The notes beneath the pieces are model-generated. The model was not told the origin of the DNA and did not search any database. It worked only from the letters and a program-made list of their open reading frames with translations. A DNA stretch of 64,000 nt from Candidatus Dormiibacterota bacterium (GTDB lineage Bacteria; Chloroflexota; Dormibacteria; Aeolococcales; Aeolococcaceae), in the NCBI GenBank assembly GCA_003153125.1, contig PLWW01000018.1:2723-66722 (forward strand), in the 5' to 3' direction. Positions within the stretch are counted from its first letter, which is position 1. Every line of letters begins with the position of its first letter. Shown one piece after another: positions 47,468 through 58,800 of the stretch. The position numbers and the translations under genes were made by a program.

Positions 47468-49800
47468 TCAGAGCCCATTCACGCTGTACGCGTGCAGGTT
47501 TCCTGTCGTGTCGCCGATGTACACCACCCCGTGGGCGATGGACGCTGCCCCCCAGAAGGCGCCGCCAGAATCGTTGAAAGAGACGACCCCTGTGGCCGAG
47601 TTGACCACGGTGACGGTGCCGGCATGGCCCACGACCGCGAGGCCCGGGTCGGTGGTGACGGCGCCGATGACCGTGCCGCTGGTGAAGCCGTCCTCCCAGA
47701 GTGGCGATGACAGGTTGTTGGGGTCGAAGGCGCGCAGTGCGCCTGTGTACGCGGTGCCATTGATGGTGGTGTTGCCGCCGGCCACGTAGAGCGTGTTTCC
47801 ATCCCACGAGCTGGGCGAGATGCTCTGCCCCTTGAAAGCGTTTGGAAGGCCGGTCGAGATGCGGATGCGCTGGACTGGGCCCGCGCCGATGTTGTTTTGA
47901 TCGAAGACGTAGTACAGACCGTTCTTGTTGACGGCGCCCACGAGGGAAGTCATCGTGCCACCCGGGATGACTGTCCCGCTGAAGAACGTCGGGGTTGAGC
48001 CGAAATCACTGTCGGGGACCTGTTCCGCCGCGGGAATCTGCCAGTGGCTCTGCAGGGTGAGAGTTGGGCTAAACCTGAGGATTGCCGGCGAATACTGTAC
48101 GGTGGCGCCGCATTTCCCTCCCGGGTTGCCGGTGACCACATAGATGTTGCCCGCCGCATCGGCCGACGCTGATCCCCAGACGCTGCCGCCAAGGCAACCG
48201 CTCGGCACCGTGGCAAAGGAGTGCAGCACAGCGCCCGTCCCGGCGGCCAGCTGCACGACCTTGCCCTGCACCAAAGGACAGTCGCCCTGCGATGACACGC
48301 CCACATACAGGCTGCCGTTGGCGTACAGGGGCGAGCTCCACGTGTAGTGTGACGGCGCAGATCCCAGCGACGTGCGCCACAGAACGGCCCCCGTCAGGGC
48401 GTTGAGCGCCAGCACCTGCGCCGTTGCACCTGACACCACCGCGCCCGATTGGGCGATGTCGCCGCCGCCGCCGACAAACATAACCGGCTGGGTCACGCCC
48501 CCGATGGCAACGTTGGCCACCACGGCCGCCGACGTCACTCCCTGGATGATGCTGTTCTGGGAACCGCCGCATCCACTGTTGCGCCCGAGATACGTCTGCC
48601 ACACCACCTGCCCTGTCGTGTACGTGGTCGAGCCTACGGTGCACGACGAGGCGCACAGCGCGAACTCGCCGCCGTTCCACGAGCCAACGTAGACGAGCGT
48701 CGAGCCGCCCACGGTGGCGACGATCGGCTGGGAAAAGATCGTGTTGGAGCAGGTGTCCTTCGTGTTGGGGCAGATCGCTCCGTTGGTCAGCGCCACGGGC
48801 CAGCCCGTCTCTGGTTGCAATGAGCCGGCGTTCGATGGGTCGATCAGCGTCTCGCTGGTGAACCCGCTGCCTGACGCGTCATGCATGTACTCGGGCCAGT
48901 CCATGCCGGCGGGCGGCGGAGTCGGGGTCGTCGTCGGAGTCGCCGTGGGCGTCGTCGTGGGGGTAGTGGTCGGTGTCGTCGTCGGTGTCGTCGTCGCTGT
49001 CGTGGTCGGCGTGGGCGTCGGTGACGTGGTGGTCTCGAAGGTGGCGATCGCCCCCGTCCACGCCACCGCAGCACTGAGCGTCGCGGCATAGCTCTGCGGA
49101 CCGGCCGCGCTGAGCAGCTGCCAGGCTGCTTGCTCGCCGGCCTGATCGCCGCTGACCTTGGCCTGCTCGATGCCGGTGATCGTGTAACCCGCGCTCTGGC
49201 CACCGGGTGTTACGCCGCTGTTCCATCCGATATCGGCGATGGCGATCTCGCTGGGCTGGGCCGTGGCCGCGGTGGTCCCCGTGGAGGGCGCCGTCCCGCT
49301 GCCTCCGGCGGTGGCGATCACGTCGAGGGTCGTCGTCGCGTTGCCCGTGACTTCGAGGATGGTGACCGCGATCGCCGACGTCGACGCCGCGGTCCCACCC
49401 ACCGTCACGGTCACGGATTGAGACGTAGAGAGGCTGGCGGCGGTGGCCGCGTACCAGATCTCTCCATCGGCCTGTCCCTGGGCGACATTCGCGGCGCGGA
49501 CCCAATGGTTCGATGCCGTGTCTGTGACGGAGGCGACGGAGGCAGTGGCGGTGACGTTGCGACTTCTGACCGTGGCCACGAGGAGGTCGCCGGCCGTGGT
49601 GGCGGCCGGTGGCCGCGCCGACAACGTGGCGCTGGCCGTGGAGTTTGCCGCACCAAACGATTGCACGACGCCGAGGCCCGCACTTGCCGTCACCGTGTGC
49701 CAGACCGGCGTCATCACGGCGAGGACGACGATCAGCGCCAGGACGGGAAATGCCGCCCGCTGGACTGGACCGCGCCGCCACCTGAGATGATTCTTGCGCA
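47468..49800 (-). CDS. Secreted protein: shared N-terminal about 220-aa domain, a TP linker and a PQQ-like beta-propeller
   Basis: Start MRKNHLRWRRGPVQRAAFPVLALIVVLAVM (signal). The N-terminal domain is paralogous to those of the 50110, 55864 and 59984 proteins (VVQSFGAANST...EIWYAATAASL...EIAIADIGWNSG). The TPTTTP linker is at about 48900-49020. The C-terminal half has repeated ...LYVG../..GAVLW.. PQQ-repeat-like blades. Confidence 0.7.
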
Positions 49801-50109
49801 TCAGGCTCCCCCCTGCTGGGCCGCCGCCACGATTGACGCGACACTTCCTGCCTGCGCGGCCCCCCACCGCGGTTAGTTTCGCGCGGGAGTGCGGCAAGGT
49901 GCAAATGCGGCAAACGCAGCGAACCCCCCTAGAATCTCGGAAGTGGATCGAGTACCATTCTTGGCATCGCTGTCCTAGCGGGCCCGATTGGGAAACCCGG
50001 ACGGCGACTCGGCGGCTGTTTAGGGGGGGAGTACGCACGTGGGGGGTGGCGCGCGGCTTCGGGGTCGCTTGGAAAGCGACCGTGCCCCCGCGCGCCACTC
50101 GCCATTTGG

Positions 50110-53100
50110 GTGCAGCCGAGCCAGGCTCGGAGGCTGCGTCAGGTGACCGACAACTGGCACCTGAGTCCGGCGACCTCGCCCGAGAAGCGAAACCGGGCAC
50201 CTGTGACCGTCGGTTCGCGTTCGGGACGGGGTAGAGCCGGCGTTCGTGGAGTGGTGGCGCGAGGGACCCTTGGATCGTTGGTCCTCCTGATGGGGTCGCT
50301 CTGGTTCTCCGGGGTCCTGCCGGTTGGGCGCGCGGCCAATGCGAGTGCCACCGTGGTTCAGTCGTTCGGAGCGCAGAACGCCGGGACGGGCAGCGCCACG
50401 CTGTCGGCGTCGCCGACCGCCGCCACCACGGCCGGCGACCTCCTGGTCGCCGTGATCCGGGATCGCAACTCCAGCGCGCTGACGCTCGTCAGCACCGTCG
50501 CAGACACGAATGCCGGCGATCATTGGGCCAAGGCCACCAGCGTTGCACAGGGATCCCAGGCAGACGGGGAGATCTGGTACGTGACCAACGCTGCGAGCCT
50601 GTTGACCTCGCAATCCGTGACCGTGACGGTGGGAGGCACCAAGGCCTCGACCACGGCGATCGCCTTCACGGTGCTGGACGTCAGCGGCGCCACGGCGGTG
50701 GCGCTCGACGTTGTCGCCACCAAGGGCGGCAGCACTCAACCGGCTTCAGCAGGTCCGACCGCCGCCACTGCCCAGGCCAGCGAGATCGCCATCGCCGACA
50801 TCGGCTGGAACAGCGGCAGCGTCACCGTCAGCGGCCAGACCTCCGGGTACTCGGTGCTTCCCACCCAGCAGTCGACGGTCAGCAGCACCGGAACCGGTGA
50901 GCAGCCAGCGTACCGACTCCTGAGCGCCACCGGCACGCAGATCTATCAGGCCACCATCAGCGCGTCGAGTGCGGCCTGGACCGCCGCCATCGCCACCTTC
51001 AAGGTGGGCACGCCGACGCCCCCGACGATCACCGCCTTCAACCCCACCAATGGAGTGGTCGGCACTTCGGTCGTGATCACCGGGACCGGGCTCACCGGCG
51101 CCAGCACGGTGCAATTCAACACGACCACCCAACCCACCTACACGGTGACGGACGACTCCCACATCACCACGACAGTGCCCGCAGGAGCCAGCACCGGGCA
51201 GATTACGGTCATCACACCAGGGGGAACCGCCAACACCTCGGCCTTGACGCCGTCGACGTTCACTGTGAATCCCCCGCCGCTGCCGACAATCACCAGCTTC
51301 AACCCGACCAGCGGCCCGGTCGGGACCTCGGTGCAGATCGCCGGCACCGGGTTCACGGGTGCCACCGCGGTGAAGTTCAACACCACCACCCAGCCCACAT
51401 ACACGGTGATCAGCGACATCCAGATCACCGCGGCCGTTCCCACCGGAGCCACCACCGGTCAGATCACGGTGATCACGCCGGGAGGCACGGCCACCACTGC
51501 GAGCTTGACCCCGTCGACCTTCACCGTGACCACGCCGCCAGGGCCAACCATCAGCAACTTCGGCCCCACCAGCGGGCCGGCAGGCACGTCGGTGGTGATC
51601 AATGGGACCGGGTTCACCGCCGCCAGCGCTGTGAAGTTCAATACGACAAACCAACCCGCCTACACGGTGACGTCCGACTCTCAGATCAGCACGACTGTGC
51701 CCAACGGAGCCACCACCGGGCCGATCGCTGTCACCGTCGCCGGGGTCACCGCGACCTCATCGACATCGTTCGTGGTGAACTCCGCCTCGAACGCGCCGCA
51801 CATCATGGTCATCGTTGAAGAGAACCACTCATACAACGGGACGCACGGGATCATCGGCAACGCAAAAGCTCCCTACACCAACAGCCTGGCGACGACGTAC
51901 ATGTCCGCAACCAACTGGTTCGGCCAGGTGCACGGCAGCCCTCCTGATTACCAGGCGCTGATAGCAGGTGAGATGTTGGGGTCGATCACCAAGCCATCAT
52001 CATTGCCGACACTTGTCGATGAGCTGGTCACTGCAGGCATCAGCTGGAAGGCGTACATGGAGACCATGCCCTCCACCTGCGATCTGGCTGGTACAAACGA
52101 CCTCCAAGGCTACGCTTCTGACCACAACCCCTTCCTGTACTACGCATCGACCCGCACTCCAGCTCAGTGCCAGAATGTCGTGCCGTACACGCAGTTCGCC
52201 ACCGATGCGAACACGACCACGCCGCCCGCCTTCATGTTCATGGTGCCCAACCAGTGCAACGACATGCACACCGAGTGCGGAGGCACCAACGTCGAGGTCG
52301 TCAACGGTGACAACTGGCTGAAGACCAACCTGCCCCTCATCCAGGCGTCGACGTGGTACCAGCAGGGCGGGACGGTCATCATCACCTGGGACGAGGCCGA
52401 TCCCACCGACAGCACGGGATTCAACGGCAGCACCGGCGGTCACATCCCCACCATCGTCGTCTCCGCCGCCACCAAGGTCGGCAGCAGCCACACCTTCTCG
52501 AGCGGCGGGAACCTCTACGGAATCCTTCGTGGCGTCGAAGAGAGGTACGGAGTGCCGCTCCTCGCCAGCACATCGACGGCTGTGAACGGTGACCTGAGCG
52601 GCGCCCTGGGCCCAGCTACGGTTGGCGCCATCAGCGGCACGGTGACAGACTCGCAGACACCTGCGCAGCCGGTCGGCGGTGCGACCGTCTCATACACCGG
52701 CACCAAGGGAAGTGGCTCCATCACCACCACCTCCACCGGCGGCTACACGCTCAGTGGGATCACACCCGGGACGTACACGGTCAGCGCCTCAGACGCCGGC
52801 TTCACGTCGCCGTCGAGTCAGCCGGTCACCGTGACCGCCGGGACCACTGCTACGGCCAACTTCACACTGATCGCCACCAGCGGCATCAGCGGCGCGGTGA
52901 GCGATTCTCAAACGACCCCGCAGCCGATCGGTGGCGCGACCGTCCAATACACCGGCACCGGCAGCAGCACCGGCAGCGGCACGACCACGACCAACACCGG
53001 CGGCGGATACGCCTTCAATGGTGTGCCGCCCGGGACCTACACGGTCACCGCGTCGCACACGGGATACACATCGCCGGCGGCGCAGCCGGTCAGCGTGACC

Positions 53101-55827
53101 ACCGCTGTGATGGCCACGGCGAACATCACGCTGGCGGCCACCAGTGGCATCGGCGGCACAGTGAGCGACACGCAGGCGCCCGCACAGCCGGTCAGCGGTG
53201 CCAGCGTCTCGTACACGGGCACAGGCGGCACCGCCGGTAGCGGCACTACCACCGCCAATTCCAGCGGCGGATACACGTTCAGCGGCGTGTCGCCGGGGAC
53301 GTATTCGGTCGCAGCCACTGCCACCGGCTTCACCTCGCCGTCGGCGCAGCCGGTCACCGTGGCCAGCGGCGGCACGGCGACGGCGAACCTCACCCTGACC
53401 GCCACCAGTGGCATCAGCGGAGCGGTCAACGATTCCCAAGCGACACCGCAGCCGATCAGCGGTGCCAGCGTCTACTACGCCGGTACCGGGGGCACCACCG
53501 GCAGCGGAACCATGGGCACCGACCTCAGCGGCAGCTACACCTTCAGCGGGGTTCCGCCGGGAACGTACTCGGTCACCGCCTCGGCCACTGGCTTCACGTC
53601 ACCGGCCGCGGATCCGATCACGGTCACGGCTGGCGTCACGGCGACCGCCAACTTCACCATGAGCGCCACTAGTGGCATCAGTGGGACGGTGACCGATTCT
53701 GAGACGCCCGCGCAGGCCGTCAGCGGCGCCACCGTCGCCTACACCGGCACCGGCGGCACCACCGGCAGCGGCAGCACCACGACGGGTGCCGGCGGCACCT
53801 ACAGCTTCAGTGGCGTGCCGCCGGGAACGTATTCGGTCACCGCTACGGAAACTGGATTCACGTCGCCGGCGGCGCAGCCGGTGACCGTGACAGCTGGCGT
53901 CATCAAGAGCGGCGTGGACTTCACCCTGAATGCCACCAGTGGAATCAGCGGCACGGTAACCGACGGAACCCTGCCCATTGGTAGTGCCACCGTCTCCTAC
54001 AGCGGCACCGGCGGCAGTAATGGCAGTGGTAGCATCGGCACGGCCGTCGACGGCACATACGCATTGAGCGGCGTGCCGCCTGGAACGTACACCGTCACAG
54101 CGTCGGCTGCTGCATACGGCCCGCAGTCAAAGCCGGTGACGGTGACAGTCAGCACGACCACGATCGGCGTCGACTTCACGCTGACGGCAACCACCACGGG
54201 AACGATCAGCGGCACCGTGAGTGATTCGCAGACGCCCGCGCGGGCCGTGAGTGGTGCCACTGTCACGTATGTCGACACCAACAACAGCGTCAACACCGGC
54301 AACGTTCTCACGGATTCGAGCGGCGGTTACAGCTTCAGCGGGCTGTCGACGGGGTCGTACTCGGTCAGCGTCACGGACAGCGACTTCACGACGCCGGCTG
54401 CGCAGCCGGTCACCGTGACCGCCGGCGGCACGGCGACGGCCACCTTCACCATGACCGCGACTAGCGGCATCAGCGGCACCGTGAGTGATTCGCAGACGCC
54501 CGCGCAGTCGGTCGGCGGTGCCACGGTCTCCTATAGCGGCACTGGTGGCACCACCGGCGCTGGCACCACCACCACCGACTCCACCGGTACGTATGCGTTC
54601 AACGGGGTGCCGCCTGGCACGTACTCGGTCACCGTCACGAAGACTGGGTTCACGTCGCCCGCGGCGCAGACTCCCACCGTGGCGTCCGGCAGCACGGCGA
54701 CGGTGAACTTCACCCTGAGCGCCACGAGCGGCATCAGCGGCGCTGTGACTGATTCGCAGGCGCCCGCGCAGCCCGTCAGCGGCGCCACCGTCTCCTACAC
54801 CGGCACGGGGGGTACCACGGGCAGCGGCACGACCACCACCAGCTCCAGCGGCGGGTACACGTTTAACGGTGTGCCTCCAGGGACTTACTCCGTCACGGCC
54901 TCCCGGGCCGGGTTCACGTCGCCAGCCGCGCAGACACCGGCTGTAACTTCGGGCGTCAGCGCTACGGCTAACTTCATCCTGACGGCCAACAGCGGCATCG
55001 GCGGCACCGTGAGCGACCAGGCCTCGGCGCCCGTCAATGGTGCGACCGTCTCGTACACCGGCACAGGCGGCACCACGGGCAGCGGCACCACCACCACCAA
55101 TTCCAGCGGTGTCTACGCCCTCAACGGTGTGCCGTCGGGCACGTACTCGGTCAGCGCGTCGGACACGGGCTACACGTCACCAGCTGCGCAGGCGGTCACT
55201 GTGACCAGCGGCGCCACCACGAGCGGCGTGAACTTCACCCTGACGTCGAGCAGCCATCAACCGATCTTCAGTGATGGCTTCGAATCGGGCAACCTGTCCG
55301 CCTGGACCAAGACCCAGAACATGACGGTTGAGACCACGACCGTTCATGGCCCCACCCACGCGGTCCAGGGCGTCAGCACCTCCACAAGCACCGCCACCAC
55401 GGCGTACGCACAGAAGACACTCTCCGCGACGTACACCACGTCGTACACGCGGGTCTGGTTCTGGATCGTCAGCGACAGCGGGCAGCAGGCGAACCTTCTC
55501 CGAGTGCGAGGCACCACGAACAGCAATACCGCCTTCGTGTTCGTGAGCAGCACCGGCTTCCTGAGCCTCAACAACGGCACCGCAGCCGTCAAGAGCACCA
55601 CGCCGGTGACGACGGGGGCCTGGCATGAGCTGGAGTTGAACGTCGTCACGGGGACGTCGGCCTCGACTCAGGTCTGGCTCGACGGCAGCCTGGTCACCGC
55701 GCTGACGGGGAGCGGTCTCACCAACCTGGCCACCCCGATCCAGACGATTCAGATCGGCGAGGCGGGCCTGCAGACCTGGACCGCGAACTTCGACGATGTC
55801 GCCTTCGACACCCAGATGATCCCGTAG
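50110..55827 (+). CDS. Giant secreted multi-domain protein (paralog C): shared N-domain, 3 IPT/TIG, phosphoesterase-like domain, 10 CarboxypepD_reg-like repeats and a LamG/ConA-like C-terminus
   Basis: The signal-like segment is VARGTLGSLVLLMGSLWFSGVLPVGRAANA, so the true start may be a GTG near 50250. IPT/TIG repeats are ITAFNPTNGVVGTSVVITGTGLTGA..., the phosphoesterase-like motifs are HIMVIVEENHSY...PNQCNDMHTECGG...VIITWDEAD and the about 87-aa repeats are ISGTVTDSQTPAQPVGGATVSYTGTGG...GVPPGTYSVTAS..GFTSPAAQPVTVTAG.TATANFTL.ATSG (10 copies). The C-terminal domain is FSDGFESGNLSAWTKTQN... Confidence 0.75.
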   Translation: MQPSQARRLRQVTDNWHLSPATSPEKRNRAPVTVGSRSGRGRAGVRGVVARGTLGSLVLLMGSLWFSGVLPVGRAANASATVVQSFGAQNAGTGSATLSASPTAATTAGDLLVAVIRDRNSSALTLVSTVADTNAGDHWAKATSVAQGSQADGEIWYVTNAASLLTSQSVTVTVGGTKASTTAIAFTVLDVSGATAVALDVVATKGGSTQPASAGPTAATAQASEIAIADIGWNSGSVTVSGQTSGYSVLPTQQSTVSSTGTGEQPAYRLLSATGTQIYQATISASSAAWTAAIATFKVGTPTPPTITAFNPTNGVVGTSVVITGTGLTGASTVQFNTTTQPTYTVTDDSHITTTVPAGASTGQITVITPGGTANTSALTPSTFTVNPPPLPTITSFNPTSGPVGTSVQIAGTGFTGATAVKFNTTTQPTYTVISDIQITAAVPTGATTGQITVITPGGTATTASLTPSTFTVTTPPGPTISNFGPTSGPAGTSVVINGTGFTAASAVKFNTTNQPAYTVTSDSQISTTVPNGATTGPIAVTVAGVTATSSTSFVVNSASNAPHIMVIVEENHSYNGTHGIIGNAKAPYTNSLATTYMSATNWFGQVHGSPPDYQALIAGEMLGSITKPSSLPTLVDELVTAGISWKAYMETMPSTCDLAGTNDLQGYASDHNPFLYYASTRTPAQCQNVVPYTQFATDANTTTPPAFMFMVPNQCNDMHTECGGTNVEVVNGDNWLKTNLPLIQASTWYQQGGTVIITWDEADPTDSTGFNGSTGGHIPTIVVSAATKVGSSHTFSSGGNLYGILRGVEERYGVPLLASTSTAVNGDLSGALGPATVGAISGTVTDSQTPAQPVGGATVSYTGTKGSGSITTTSTGGYTLSGITPGTYTVSASDAGFTSPSSQPVTVTAGTTATANFTLIATSGISGAVSDSQTTPQPIGGATVQYTGTGSSTGSGTTTTNTGGGYAFNGVPPGTYTVTASHTGYTSPAAQPVSVTTAVMATANITLAATSGIGGTVSDTQAPAQPVSGASVSYTGTGGTAGSGTTTANSSGGYTFSGVSPGTYSVAATATGFTSPSAQPVTVASGGTATANLTLTATSGISGAVNDSQATPQPISGASVYYAGTGGTTGSGTMGTDLSGSYTFSGVPPGTYSVTASATGFTSPAADPITVTAGVTATANFTMSATSGISGTVTDSETPAQAVSGATVAYTGTGGTTGSGSTTTGAGGTYSFSGVPPGTYSVTATETGFTSPAAQPVTVTAGVIKSGVDFTLNATSGISGTVTDGTLPIGSATVSYSGTGGSNGSGSIGTAVDGTYALSGVPPGTYTVTASAAAYGPQSKPVTVTVSTTTIGVDFTLTATTTGTISGTVSDSQTPARAVSGATVTYVDTNNSVNTGNVLTDSSGGYSFSGLSTGSYSVSVTDSDFTTPAAQPVTVTAGGTATATFTMTATSGISGTVSDSQTPAQSVGGATVSYSGTGGTTGAGTTTTDSTGTYAFNGVPPGTYSVTVTKTGFTSPAAQTPTVASGSTATVNFTLSATSGISGAVTDSQAPAQPVSGATVSYTGTGGTTGSGTTTTSSSGGYTFNGVPPGTYSVTASRAGFTSPAAQTPAVTSGVSATANFILTANSGIGGTVSDQASAPVNGATVSYTGTGGTTGSGTTTTNSSGVYALNGVPSGTYSVSASDTGYTSPAAQAVTVTSGATTSGVNFTLTSSSHQPIFSDGFESGNLSAWTKTQNMTVETTTVHGPTHAVQGVSTSTSTATTAYAQKTLSATYTTSYTRVWFWIVSDSGQQANLLRVRGTTNSNTAFVFVSSTGFLSLNNGTAAVKSTTPVTTGAWHELELNVVTGTSASTQVWLDGSLVTALTGSGLTNLATPIQTIQIGEAGLQTWTANFDDVAFDTQMIP
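52631..55250 (+). repeat. In-frame tandem array of 10 copies of an about 261-bp (87-aa) CarboxypepD_reg-like repeat inside paralog C
   Basis: The protein periodicity ISG[TA]V[TS]DSQTPAQPV.GATV.YTGTGGTTGSG.TTT.S.GGY.F.GVPPGTYSVTAS.TGFTSPAAQPVTVTAG.TATANFTL.ATSG recurs ten times, and the nucleotide units are visibly similar. Confidence 0.85.
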
Positions 55828-55863
55828 ACCTGACCGGCAAACGGTGATGCGGCGGCAGGCAAC

Positions 55864-58800
55864 GTGACCGACAGCTGGCGTGTCCGGCCGCATCGAGTCC
55901 GGCCGAATGGGCGGGCGGGCGGGATCGTCGGCTCGGCGCTCTTGGTCGTGGCCGTGGCCTGGGCCGGAGGGACGCTCTCTGCTGCACGCTTGTCACCTGC
56001 GAGCGCGGCGGCGGGCGTGGCCCAATCATTTGGAGCGGCCAACACCACCGCCGGCCTGTCTCTGAAGGCCTCCACGGGGACCGTGACCACGACCGGTGAC
56101 CTCCTCGTCGCCACCATCAGGGACCGCAGCCCCACGTCCACTCTCGCCTCCGTCAGCGGCATCACCGATTCTGCTGTCAACCACTGGGTGCGGGCGGCGA
56201 ATGTCGCGCAGGGGACCGTGAACGACGGTGAGGTCTGGTATGCGGCAAGCTCGGCTCCGGTCACCAGCGTCACGGTCACCATCAGCGCAGGCGCCGCGCT
56301 GGCCTTCACCGTGCTCGACATCACGGGCGCCACGACAGCACCTCCCGACAGGACCGCCACCAAGTCAGGGAGCGGTATCGCCCCCACCTCGGGCGCCACC
56401 ACCAGCACCAGCCAGGCGAGCGAGATCGCGGTTGCAGACATCGGCTGGAACACGCGTCTCATCCCCACCGGGCAGACGAGCGGCTACACGACCACGGCCA
56501 TCCAGCAATCCACCGTCTCCAACACGGCGGCCGGTGAGCAGGCCGCCTGGAGGATCCTCAGCGCGACAGGTGTGCAGACGTACTCGGCCGCGTTCCCGTC
56601 CTCCTCCCCAGCGGCGTGGACTGGCGTCATCGCCACGTTCGACGTCGGCACCTCACCCACTCCGACCCCGACGCTGACGCCGACCCCAACTGGAAGTGGC
56701 ACGCCCACCCCGACCGGCACGCCCCCCCCAACCGGCACGCCCACTGCCACGCCCACGCCCACACCAACTCCGACCATGCCGCACGTGATGTTGATCGTCG
56801 AGGAGAACCAGGAGTACAGCAGCATCATCGGGAGCGGAAGCGCGCCCTACATCAACGGCCTCGCCAAGACATACCGGTCGGCCACCAACTGGTTTTCCGT
56901 GGAGCACAACAGCCCGTTAGATTACCTGGACCTGTTCGCCGGCTCCAACCTCGGCCTGCCCAACGGCACCCCCTACAGCAAAACCACCCTCGCAGACGAG
57001 CTGCACAGCGCCGGGGTCACCTGGAAGGGCTATATGGAGAGCATGTCGTCGAATTGCGCAAACGGCTCCAGTGCCAACGGCCTCTACGAGCCGATACACA
57101 ATCCCTTCCACTACTTCACCAACTACGCGAGCTGGTGCAGCAGCAGCAACCTCAGCACCGAGGGAGTCCTGCCGTACCCCGGCTCCAGCGGGCTCACATC
57201 GGCGCTCAACGGCGCCAACCCGCCTGACTTCGTGTGGATCACCCCGAACAACTGCGACAACATGCACAGCGACACCAGCACTGGCTCACCGTGCAAGGGC
57301 AGCAGCAACAGCCAGCTCATCAGCGCTGGTGACAACTGGCTGTCCAGCAACCTCGGCCCCGTCCTCACCTCCACATGGTTCAAGCAGAACGGCATCGTGA
57401 TCATCACCTGGGATGAGGGGTCGACCACCGCGGGCTGCTGCGGCGGCGCTGCCAAGGGCGGACACATTGCCACTCTCGTGGTCACCGCCAACAACAAGGG
57501 CCAGGGTCCCTTCACCAGCACCGGCGACCACTACGGAGTGCTCGCGGCCATCGAGCGGACGTACGGCGTTGGTCTGCTCCTGAACTCCGCCAACGCCGTC
57601 AACGGCGACCTGAGCGGCGCTTTCGGCCAGCCGACGGGCAGCATCGGTGGCACGGTCACCGATTCTCAGACACCGGCGCAACCCGTCGTCGGCGCCACCG
57701 TCGCCTACACCGGCACCAAGGGTAGCGGAAGCACCGTCACCGATTCCAGCGGCAACTACACGTTGAGCAGCGTGCCGCCTGGCACGTACACGGTCACCGC
57801 CTCGGCCACCGGCTACACCACGGAGTCAGGGTCTGTCACGGTGACCGTTGGCGTCACCGCGCCCAAGAGCTTCACCCTGATTGCGACCAGCGGCATCAGC
57901 GGCGCTGTCACCGATACGGAGACGCCTGCACAGCCGATCAGTGGCGCCACCATCCACTACGCCGGCACCGGCGGCAACACCGCCAGCGGCACCACCACCA
58001 CCAACTCGATCGGAGGCTACACCTTCAACGGTGTGTCGCCTGGAACGTACACAGTCACCGCCTCGGCCACCGGCTTCACGCCGCCGCCGGCGCAGAACGT
58101 GACTGTCACCGCCGGCACCAGCGCGACGGCCAACTTCACCATGACCGCCACCGGCGGCATGACCGGGACAGCGAGCGATTCCCAGGCGCCCGCCCAGCCG
58201 GTCAGCGGTGCCACCCTCCAGTACACCGGCACGGGTAGCACCACAGGCAGTGGCACAGCCACCACAAATTCCAGCGGCGGCTACGCCTTCAACGGGGTGC
58301 CGCCTGGGACATATTCGGTCACCGCATCGCGCACAGGGTTCACGACGCCGGCGGCGCGACCCGTCACCGTGACCGCGGGCGCTGTTGCCGCTGCCATCAA
58401 CTTCACCCTGACCGCCACCAGCGGCATCAGCGGAACGGTGAGCGACTCTCAGTCGCCCGCGCAGCCCATCGCTGGTGCGCAGGTGACGTACACCGGCACC
58501 GGCGGCACCACCGGCAGCGGCATGACCTCCACGGCCACTGACGGCACGTACACCTTGAACGCGGTACCGGCGGGCACGTACTCGGTCAGCGTCTCGGACA
58601 CCGGCTTCACGACACCGGCTGCCCAGTCCGTGACCATCAACCCCGACTTGGTGACGAGCGGCGTGAACTTCACCATGGCCGCCGCCAGCGGCGTCAGCGG
58701 GACGGTGAGCGATTCCCAGACGCCCGCGCAACCGGTCGACAACGCCACCGTCACTTACACCGGTGTCAGTCCCACCACCGGCAGCGGCAGCACCTCCACG

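Noticed and set aside
50110-50250. Annotated ATG start of the giant paralog C at 50110
   Set aside because: Not rejected as a gene, but the first about 47 codons lack signal-peptide character. A GTG near 50250 gives a proper signal peptide (VARGTLGSLVLLMGSLWFSG...). The coordinates are kept as in the track, with the start flagged as uncertain.
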